Assembly: GCA_951406725.2 (NCBI GenBank)
Contig: OX597817.1
Span: 92,008,001 to 92,072,000, forward strand
Direction: 5' to 3'
Origin: Octopus vulgaris
Taxonomy: Eukaryota
DNA: 64,000 nucleotides
Positions 53,102-64,000 of the stretch are shown in pieces; the first letter of the stretch is position 1; each line of letters starts with the position of its first letter. The notes under the pieces were generated by a model, which was given only the letters and a program-made list of their open reading frames with translations, ran no database searches and was not told where the DNA came from. The translations under genes were made by a program, and so were the position numbers.

Positions 53102-55724
53102 GTAATTTATATTTACATTTGTATTTATTTATATTCACTTATACATACTGTACTTATTGTATCATATTACTCTTTCATGTACATTGTTTTGTTCTATATT
53201 ATTATGTTTGACCTTAATGTTCATATGTAGTGGTTTAATAAATTATGTGATTGGGTATTATCTGGTAGTTGATCATTGATTAAGATGTGTTTCTCCATTT
53301 TCTTATTTTGTATATATATAATGTGTGCATTATCTGGTCGGTTGAGCTGAAAATAAGCACACATATGTTAAAAATGAAGGTGAGTTTGCATGGCAACTAT
53401 TTTTTTCCTCTAGGACAAAATTCTTCATCTTATAAAATGCGGCCCGAGTAGACCCGAATTAAATCGGGTTATATTAACCAAAATGTGAAAAGGGGTCTAA
53501 ATGGGGCTGGAAGGGGATTAAAATTTACAGGAGCGGGTGTTTAGGAATTCTCTGTTACATCAAGCTAAAAAATTTGTGCCAGCCTTTAAATCTTCAATGT
53601 GTTGTCCATGATGAAGAAGTTTTGAATGCTTGCCATGGTGAGTCTACTGTCGTGAGAAAGAATCATTTGAAAACTTGGTGTTTAGGAATTTTCTTTTACA
53701 TCAAGTTCAAAATTTTACACCAGACCAGCCATTAAACTGCCACTACGTTACTGTCCGTCGTTAAGAAATGCCAGCCATGGTGACTCTGCTATCCTCAGAT
53801 TCTATCCCTTCAAACTTTGGTTTCCAATATTTTTTTTTTATTCAGCTCGCAAGTTCGTCTGTCCCTTTTAAATGTTAGTGTTTTGCTGTCTGCCTTGAAG
53901 CAGACCTTTCCATTGTCACTGCCTGATATTTATGATTGATCTTTCTAAGTATTTTCTTTCTCAACTTACTCAAGATCTTTTGTTGTTTATAAATGGGAGA
54001 GAGAGAGAGATAGAGAAAGATAGAGAGTAAGAGAAAGCGAGGGAGAGTCCGAGAGAAATGAAGAGTAAGAGAGTGGGAAAGTGAGAGAGAAAGGAGAGAG
54101 AAACAAAGAGGGAGAATGTGGTGATAAAAAACAGAAAGGAAGCAAGAGAAAGTTACAACCACACTCTTACCCACGCGTAGAACGGGTCACCTTAGGCTAG
54201 TAATTTAATAAAACAAATATGTTCACAGGATGTATAAGCGCCAACAAGCTTGCAATCTAACTTCTAGATATCATAGCCCTGATTGAACCATCCAAATATG
54301 TGATAAGTAGAAAATAAGATGGCAGAGTAAAGTTTGAAGGAGATTTGTCTGATAATCCTAACAGTTCAACTGATTCTAATAGTGCAACCCATATGATTCA
54401 CCACCTCATATCAGTATGTACAGATTAAGAGAAGACAGCTAAGAGAAGACCTGGTATACATAGGCTAGTATAGCTGTGGGTCACACCTAGTCAGTCTGCC
54501 AGTTTGGCTGACCAGGGACACACACATCAACATTATTATTATTTCTTAAATCGTGGATGGTAGATTCAGTGTTATTTAGTAGATAGCTGCAGAGGTATAG
54601 AGCACCACACAATGTATTCCTAGATCTAATACAACCAATGTTCCTTTTGTACTTGATAAATATATAATCAATTATACACACTATTCTCCCATCATTTACG
54701 TTACTATCAGTCCAAACAGACATGCACTGTACCACAAAACTATTCATTTTAAATATTATCTCTATAGCACTTCATCTCTCTTCATTTCCAACATGAAGAT
54801 GTATTTATTGATTTATCAAATATTTTCTTTTTTTTTTCTCTTTTTTTGTGTATTCCAACAAGTTTTAGAATTTATCATATATCCTTCACTACTCACCTGC
54901 AGAAATTACATTAACTCTATAACTACTCACTATCTACACAGACTACAATATTACATAGTATTCATTGAATTGTGTACCATATAACAGCTTGTGCAGCCTC
55001 AGATACAGTTCGTATATGTCCATTCTATTTTAATGTGTTATATTGTCCATTGACTTGCTTCCGTATATACAAATATGAAACTTCAAGTAACAATGTTTCA
55101 GGTAATATTGTTTATGATATATTTATCTTATTGTTATTATTCTTGCTTTTTGTATTATATATTTCCTATTCATAACTAGTTCATTTCACCATTTAGTCTA
55201 GAGATCACAACTTTTCTTTGTACTAGTCTTACTTTTCTTGTTTGTGCAATTTTGTCATGTCTGCTCATTTATTACTATACCCAAGCAGCTTATGTAGCTG
55301 ACACCATCAAATTGAACAATATTACAGGAAGGTGTCAGAATTGTGATAATTTGGGGTTAATAACTAATGAGCGATTGAGCATGTCCAGGTCCATTGTGTG
55401 TTTTTTCCTGTTTTCTGCATACTCAATTTTCAAGCTCCTGTGCAACATCTTACACATTTTACACACACACATCTTGCCTGGTTTTAGCGATAAGTCCATG
55501 ATAATACTGGGCCACACACCACCTTCTGAAGTTTAATCAATTATCCCAAGGCTAACACTTGTAAACTGGTATTTTACTGTATTGATTTCAAGAGGACAAA
55601 AGGCAATGTACAAAAATATCTTTAAAAATTACGAGGTACATTGATAAAGCACCAATTCTGCTATCCACAACCTAAAGATTAAGGAGCATCAGACCAATGC
55701 TTCTACACTGTTTATTCATTTAAT

Positions 55725-56409
<685 letters not shown>

Positions 56410-56412
<3 letters not shown>

Positions 56413-59400
56413 AATAATGTTCATCCTTCGGGTTCGAAGATGACCACTGACATCATCTGGTGGAACTGCCGCCATGAGACCAGAGGTGGCTGGTGAGGCC
56501 AATCCGGGCAAGGAAGCGTCTCCCACAGGTGGGGCAGAAGTGGGTAGGGGCCGTGCTACTGGTGCAGGCGGCTCCTCGGCTGTCCCTGCTCCTGTGGTGA
56601 TTGCGCTGTGCCAGGATGAGCGGTCGGCAGCAAGTGTCTCCCAGGTCTCTGTGCCGATGGAGAAGTCTTTGAGAGAGACCTTGAGACTGTCCTTGAAGCG
56701 CTTCTTCTGCCCTCCGACTTTGCATTTGCCCTGGCTAAGTTCACCGTAGAAGAGCTGTTTTGGGATGCGAGTGTCGGACATGCGGTAGACGTGGCCCGCC
56801 CATCTCAGCTGGGCCTTGCGCATGATTGTGATGATGCTAGGGAGATCTGCCTGCTTCAGAACTTCTGTGTCTGGGACTTTGTCCTGCCAGCGGATGTGAA
56901 GGAGGTTCCGAAGACACCTGAGGTGGAAGTGGTTTATCTGGCGCTCGTGCCTTCGGTAAGCAGTCCACGTCTCGCAGTCGTATAGTAGGGTGGTAAGCAC
57001 AACTGCCCGGTAGACTTTCAGCTTGGTGTTGAGGCTGATTCCTCTTCGCTCCCAGACTTTCTTTCGCAGTCTCCCAAACGCGCTGCTTGCCTTGGAGATT
57101 CTGTTGATGGTTTCAGCATCTATGTTGGCATTGCAGGAGAGAGTGCTGCCCAGGTAGGTGAAGTTTTCCACCGCTCGTAAGATCCGTCCATTCACCTTTA
57201 TCTGAGGCTCATGGTATTGTTTGCCGGGGGCTGGCTGAAACATCACTTCGGTTTTCTTGGCACTGATGGTGAGACTGAAGTTGTCACAGGCTGATGAGAA
57301 CCTGTCCATCTCGAGCTGCATCTCCTGCTCATCGATTGCATTAAGGGTGCAGTCGTCAGCAAAGAGAAAGTCTCTGACGACTGTCTCCCTTACCTTTGTG
57401 ACAGCCTGCAATCTTCTGGAGTTGAAAAGTTTCCCGTCTGTCCTGTACTTGATGTCGATACCGGACTTGCAGTCCCTAAAGGCGTCGGACAGCATTGCCG
57501 AGAACATGATGCTGAACAGTGTTGGGGCCAGGACACAGCCCTGCCTGACTCCGTTGGCCACCGGGAAGGCTTCAGATGAGTTGCCGTCTTCAAGGACTCT
57601 GGCTGTCATTCCGTCGTGGAACTGGCGGACAATTGCAATAAATTTGCTGGGGCAACCAAATTTTCCCATGACCTTCCATAGTCCCTCCCGACTGACTGTA
57701 TCGAAAGCCTTGGTGAGGTCAACAAAGGTCATGCAGAGGTCAAGGTGCTGCTCCATGCATTTCTCCTGGAGCTGGCGGGCGGCGAATATCATGTCAGTGG
57801 TCCCTCGACCCGCGCGGAAGCCACACTGGCTCTCAGGGAGAAGGCCTTGCTCCAAGTGTTCCAGAAGGCGGTCAAGCAGGACTTGGGCCAGGATCTTGCC
57901 TGCTATGGACAAGAGGGAGATTCCTCGGTGGTTGTCACAGGACTGCCGATCTCCTTTCCGCTTATAAATGTGGACGATTGTTGCGTCCCGGAAATCTTGA
58001 GAGAGTTGTTCCCTGTCCCACATCGACTGGAACAGGCTGGTGAGCTGACTGATCATGGTGGGGCCGCCCGACTTGAACACCTCTGCAGGGATGGCGTCAG
58101 AGCCTGGAGCTTTGCCGGTGGACATTTTTTTGATGGCTCTGCTCACTTCCTCGACTGCAGGGGGAACAGCCAGCTCGTGGTTTGTCGGCACCTGGGGGAG
58201 TCGTGCGATGGCTTCCTCGTTGATCTGGGCTGGTCGGTTGAGCACGATGTTGAAATGCTCCGCCCATCTCTCCAGGATCAGCTTCTTGTTAGTCAGGAGT
58301 GAGGTTCCATCCGAGCTGAGCAGGGGGGTTGATCCAAAGGAGAACTGCGGTCCATAGACAGCTTTCAGCGCCTCGTAGAATTTCTTGGTGTCGTGTTTGT
58401 CTGCGTATCCCTGAATCTCATCCGCCTTGGCGCTTAACCATGCGTCTTGCATGAGGCAGAGTTTAGCCTGGACTGTGCTGTGAATGTTGTTGAAAGCAGC
58501 CTTCTTTGCCGTGCAGGTGGTGTCATTTTGGTGAGCCCACAGCAGACGGCGTTTCTCTTCCAGGAGCTTTTGAATTTCCTGGTCGTTTTCGTCGAACCAG
58601 TCCTGGTGGTTCCTCGTAACTTGGCCTAGAGTTTCAAGGGCGATGGAATGAACCGTGTCCCTGAATGATTCCCACTGCTCATCGATGCTGGACTGGTCAT
58701 TCTGTATGTCCAACAGCTTGCTGTCCATACATGACTGGAGATCTTGTGCAGTCAGCTGGTTCTTTAATTTCGTGATGTTAAGCTTCCTCGTCACTTTCTG
58801 ACCCTGTGGTCTTCTCTTAGGTTGGATGTAGAAATCCATCCTGGAGATGATGAGGCGATGGTCCGTCCAGCAATCAGCTCCGCACATGGCTTTGACCAGT
58901 TTCATGTCCCGCCTGTCTTTCGCCTTGACGATGACGTAATCTATCAGATGCCAGTGTTTGGAGCGTGGATGCATCCATGATGTCTTGTTGCGTGTTGGCA
59001 GACGGAACAAGGTGTTGGCGATGGTAAGATCATGAGAGGCACACGCACGCAGGAGGAGCTGCCCGTTGTTGTTGCATTTTCCGATTCCTTGCTTTCCCAG
59101 TACACAATGCCAGGCTTGGTGGTCAGTCCCGACACGGGCGTTAAAATCCCCAAGGAGGATGAGCTTCCCAGGCTGGGCTGACGTGATGAGGGAGTCGAGT
59201 TCCTCATAGAACCTGTCCTTAACTTCTTCAGGGTTGGTCATGGTGGGGGCGTAAGCACTGATGATGGTCGCACTAGTCTTGTTTCCAAGTGGGAGCTGCA
59301 TCTTCATCAGCCGATCGTTGATACCCTTGGGGGAGCTTTCCAGTTTCCGCACGTGTACTGACTTGATGGCAAAACCAACACCAGCCTCACAACGCTCTTC

Positions 59401-60332
59401 GCTGCTGCGACCACTCCAAAAGAAAGTGTAGCCGCCGCCTGTCTCTGTCAGCTGGCCTTTGTCCGCAAGGCGGGTCTCGCTCAGTGCTGCAATATCGACA
59501 TTGTGTCGGCTCAGTTCTCTGGCCACCAGGGCAGTTCGTCTCTCTGGTCTGTCCGCTTTGGTGTTGTCAAGCAGAGTTCTCACGTTCCAAGTTGCGAAAG
59601 TGAGCACCTTTTTTTGTTTTCTTCTTTCTTTGTTTCGACCGCTTGGAAAAGATACCCGCCAGCCGCGGTTTGCTGACCAGGGTGAGGTGAGGCAGGCTAT
59701 GTTTAGGGCAACCTTTTCTAGCCCCGTCCCCATGCTGGGGAGGCGAGCAGAGCAATCCTGAAGAGGGCTGCTCGGTCACTCAGGAGGCTGCCGGACTCCA
59801 CTGCTGCCTCAGTTCAGTGAGGGGCGACCACATGTCCGGAGCCGCCAGTGTGTGGGTTCACGACTGCAGCTCCCAGTGTATCCTCACCTGCTACTTCGCC
59901 GTTTCCCCATCGCCACAGGACTTTGTGATGGTGTCATGACGTCATGATGTCGTGACATGCGCGTGACTTGGATTATAGTGAGGGTGATTTGCGCAGGATC
60001 AGCCTCACTCTCTCGTCCTGGTGCGCCGGATCCAGTGGCAAGACAAAGTCAAGACAACTGGGGGTAGACCAGGATGCAGGAGCTGCCGGAAGGTGGCACG
60101 CATGGCGCAATCCAACCGCCTTAGGGGCTCCACTCCGGATTTTGGATGGCCATTGACTCATGAGAGAGTTCCTCTGCCCTTTGACAGGTTTTGTTTTTAG
60201 TCCTGCTGGGTGTCCAAATCACCCTCCTCACCAAGAAATCTTGGTGGGGTTGCCAGTTTAGTCGCCAACGACCCGACCATGTAACAGGTTGTACTGGGTT
60301 ACATGTTACCAGTAGCTCCAAGCGGAGACCTG

Positions 60333-60334
<2 letters not shown>
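56410..60334 (-). mobile_element. Full-length RTE/BovB-type LINE (family B): ~600-bp 5' UTR, single EN-RT ORF, short 3' UTR hairpin
   Basis: Uninterrupted ORF from 59733; markedly more GC-rich than flanks; 3' end GTCATCTTCGAACCCGAAGGATGAAC(ATT)n; (TA)n on both sides. Confidence 0.95.
56453..59733 (-). CDS. RTE ORF: APE endonuclease + reverse transcriptase + C-terminal C2H2 finger (frameshift near 56572)
   Basis: [27 protein letters not shown]; [23 protein letters not shown]; [21 protein letters not shown] lies in another frame ending at 56453. Confidence 0.9.
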
Positions 60335-60371
<37 letters not shown>

Positions 60372-60457
60372 TATACATACATATATATATATATATTTAA
60401 TGAAATGGATAAATGAATTATCTTGTTACGGATTATTCAAATTATAACCGATACCTG

Positions 60458-60502
<45 letters not shown>

Positions 60503-60716
60503 TGCCGTCCGCCACCTCATCTGGCACATATACATACATCCGGCGTGGCCGTTCGCCAGCCTCGTCTGGCACCTATAAAATCACCCACTACACTCTCGGA
60601 GTGGTTGGCGTTAGGAAGGGCATCCAGCTATGCCAGATCTGACTATAGACCCCAGTTGATATGCTATGGAAAACGGACGCTAAATGATGATGATGATGAT
60701 GATGATACACACACAT

Positions 60717-60784
<68 letters not shown>

Positions 60785-61031
60785 CATATATATATACATA
60801 CATATACATATATGCTTTATTTAAAGCAGCAGAAAATTCAACAAAACCTGTTACTCTGAGTTTCACCTTGCCGTACATCGGACAGTTTTTGCTATTCTAG
60901 CAAAAACTGTACATATATATATGAGATATATGAAAATATCAACCCACATATATATATATATATATATACATTTTATATATATTATATGTATATGGAAAAA
61001 ATAATTTTTTCACAATTATAATTTATTAAAT

Positions 61032-61142
61032 TCTCTGAAGAGGCCGTGGGGCATCCTTGTTAATGTCTCATTTATACCTGCCATATATGGCTTATAGGTT
61101 AAATGAGGCATGCTTGCCCTTATTGCCGAAACAGCTGTCAGA
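61032..61142 (+). ncRNA. Type-I hammerhead ribozyme motif, diverged family member
   Basis: TCT-CTGAAGA-GGC...GCC-GAAA-C AGCT GTC-AGA; downstream flank to ~61320 homologous to 53100-53313. Confidence 0.72.
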
Positions 61143-61320
61143 TATGATATAATTACATATTATATTTTATATTTCTATTTCCTTGTCTAATTATATTTAC
61201 AATATATTTTGTATAATGCCTTTACTGTTATGTAATGGTGTAATAAAGTATTGTTTGGGTATCATCTGATGGTTGATGTTTGATTGATTTAAGTATGTTT
61301 CTCCATTTTCTAATTTTGTA

Positions 61321-61412
<92 letters not shown>

Positions 61413-61749
61413 AACACACACATATATATAGTTGAAATTTACAGAAAAAACAAAGCAAAAACAGGTGTATGAAAACAAGCAGGTGTATTAGTTTGATGCT
61501 CAGGAAAGTGAGAGAGTCTTTAATGTTTCGAGCTTAGAGAGAGCTAGATAGATTGATGGATACTGATTTGATGGGGGATCTATTAGATGGATCAAGGCAG
61601 AGCAATGTGAAGCATGCCACATGTAACGGCTTGACAGTATGACATAAATTTACAAATAAGTTTATGTTTGTGAAGAGAGTATCAATATAGGCATGGCTTA
61701 ATACAATAATAAAACAGATGAATGGATTTTATGTTATCTCCACAATCAT

Positions 61750-64000
61750 TTCATCATCATCATCATCGTTTAACATCTGTTTTCTATGATAGCATAGGTT
61801 GGATGGTTTGACTGAGGTCTGGAGAGCCAGCAACTGCACCAGGCTCTAATCTGATCAGGCAATATTTCTACAGCTGGAAGCCATTCCTAACGTGAACTAC
61901 TCTGAGAGTGTAGGGGTGCTTTTTACGTGGGTGCACAGTAGCCAGTCAGGCAGGCCTGGCAATGATCATGTTCAGATGGTGCTTTTTACATTCCACTGGC
62001 ACAGAAGTCAGTCAGTGGGTACTGGCATCGGTCACAAATGGGTGGTGCATTTTATGTGCTACTGGCACAGGAGCCAGTCAGGAGGGCCTGGCATTGACCA
62101 TGTTTGGATGGTGCTTTTTGAGTGTTACTGGCACAGGGGCCAGTCAGAGGGTACTGGCATTGGCCACATTTGGTTGGTGCTTTTTATGTGCCACCAGCAT
62201 GGGAGCCAGTGAGGCGGACCTGGCATTGACTGTGTTTGGATGGTGTTTTTTACGTGCTACTGGCACGGGAGCCAGCCAGGGGCACCGGCTCCAGCTACAA
62301 TATTGGTTTTACTTGACTCAACAGGTCTTCTCAAGCATATCATATCTCACTTTAGTTGCCCGGTCTTCTCAATCATAGCATATCTCCAAAGGTCTGTCTC
62401 CTGTCATTGTCTCTGTGAGGCCCACTATTCAAAGGTCATGCTTCACCACCTCATACCATGTCTTCCTGGGTCTACCTTTTCAACATGTTCCTTCTACAGT
62501 TAGGGAATGGCACTTCCTCATACAGCTTTCTTCATTCATACGTAACGCATGGCCATACTAGTACTGTTGCCTCTCTTGTACACCACATTTGATGCTTCTT
62601 ATGCCCAACTTTTCTCTCAGGGCACTTACACTCTGTCGTGTATGCACACTGACATTACACATCCAGTGGATCATACTAGTTTCATTTCTTTCAAGACTAT
62701 GCATGTCCTCAGCATTCATGGCCCATGTTTCACTGCCATGTAGTTTCACAGTTTGCACACATGCATCATACAGTCTACCATTCATCCTGAGCAAGAGGCC
62801 CTTAGTTGCCAGCAAAGGTAGGAGCTCCCTGAACTTTGCCCAGGCTATACTTACTCTACTCGCTACACTCTCAGAGCATCCGCCCCCACAACAAACTTGG
62901 TTGCCTAGGTAGCAGAAGATATTAACTACTTCTAGTTTCTCACCCTGGCATGTGATGGAATCTGTTTTCTGTACATCTTCAGTGTTTATTGCCCCTGTGC
63001 ATCTGCCACACACAAAAAGTATTTCCCATTTAACTTCACTTTGATATTGCTGCACCTATGTGTGTCCATAGCTTACACTGGGAACATCTTATGGAGTTTC
63101 TACCTACACCTTTTCTATAGATCAAGCAGGGCCATCTACTTGAAGAGATTTGGGATTTGTTTGCCTTCCTACTTACTAAGACTTTGATTTTTGCTAGATT
63201 GATTCTTCTAAGGCCCTTCAATTCTAGACCTTGCTTCAACACCTGAAACGTCATTTCTAGTTCTGGTAGTGACTTGGCTATTAGAGCAAGGTCATCAGCA
63301 TAGAGGAACTGTCTTGATTTCTTCTGTTATTGCCTGGAGGAAAATAATGAATAAGAGGGGAGGACTGATCCTCGGTGAAACACTACTTCTAGTTGGAATT
63401 CTTTACTATACTTGTTACCAACCCTCACCTTACTGACAGCATCCCTGTACAGGGCTTGTACAGCTCTTACCAGCCAATCATCTATCCCCAGTCCCCACAT
63501 TGACCATCAGATAAGGGATCAGGGGACCCTGTCAAAGGCTTTCTCCAAGTCAACAAAAGCCAAGTACAAAGGTTTATCTTTGGCTAGATATTTTTCCTGC
63601 AGTTGCCTTACCAGAAATATAGCATCAGTGGTGCTTCTGCCTGGCACAAAACCGAACTGCATCTCATCTAGGCTAACTCTCTCCCTAATTATTTGGTCTA
63701 TGACCCTCTCTGTAACTTTCATCACCTGATCCAATAATCTGATACCTCTATAATTATTTCTATCTAAAGCATCACCTTTCCCCTTGTAGCAGTTGACTAT
63801 GGTGCTGCTACACCAGTCATTGGGTATGACTCCTTCATGAACTACCTGATTTTCGATGTGGGTGACAAGATCATAACCTATACCGCCCGATATTTTAAGC
63901 ATCCCAGCGGTGATTCCTGATGGGCCAGGTGCTTTCCCTGTCTTTGCATCATTAATTGCATTATCTACCAGGGTACTGTTGATTTGGATAGCTGGTTCTT
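61750..64000 (-). mobile_element. RTE-like LINE family A copy running off the window end
   Basis: ORFs 63519-63902 and 62558-63055; 3' UTR array 61915-62290; (GAT)n tail. Confidence 0.9.

Larger units (their letters stand above)
51753..53313. repeat. Long inverted repeat (fold-back), ~595-bp arms with 13-nt spacer; Penelope-like pLTR candidate
   Basis: 51753-52347 is the reverse complement of 52361-53313 (excluding the SINE at 52551-52891) with few mismatches. Confidence 0.92.
49801..54200 (+). mobile_element. Probable Helitron hosting nested insertions
   Basis: A|TCTCTATATTATAA 5' end; cccacgcgtagaacgggtcaccttaggCTAG|T 3' end; pairing of the two ends is inferred. Confidence 0.55.

Noticed and set aside
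59740-60334. HDV-like ribozyme in RTE 5' UTR
   Set aside because: Hairpins are present (e.g. catgtaac/gttacatg ~60278-60305), but I could not assemble the nested double pseudoknot by eye; a descriptor search is needed.

Overview
AT-rich, microsatellite- and transposon-dense eukaryotic DNA. The repeat families and the (TA)n/(CA)n/(GAT)n load suggest an octopus/cephalopod genome (inference). There are two convergent, partial protein-coding genes. ELP2 lies on + (16 exons, 810-39648, 5' end outside the window); its last intron has U12-type minor-spliceosome signals. BARD1 lies on - (last three BRCT exons, 46107-49253). Introns and the intergenic space hold: degenerate copies of an RTE-like LINE with a PHD finger inside the RT region and ~60-bp tandem arrays in its 3' UTR; a near-intact, GC-rich, full-length RTE/BovB-type LINE inserted in a (TA)n array; four non-autonomous Helitrons (one with nested insertions); a mariner relic; MITEs; and tRNA-derived SINEs. 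The most notable unannotated signal is a ~1.55-kb fold-back (51753-53313). Each arm carries a minimal type-I hammerhead ribozyme motif with an unusually long stem II, and a diverged third copy at ~61030-61142 keeps the core and the pairing. All calls were made by eye without database searches, so family names are recalled similarity and repeat boundaries are approximate.
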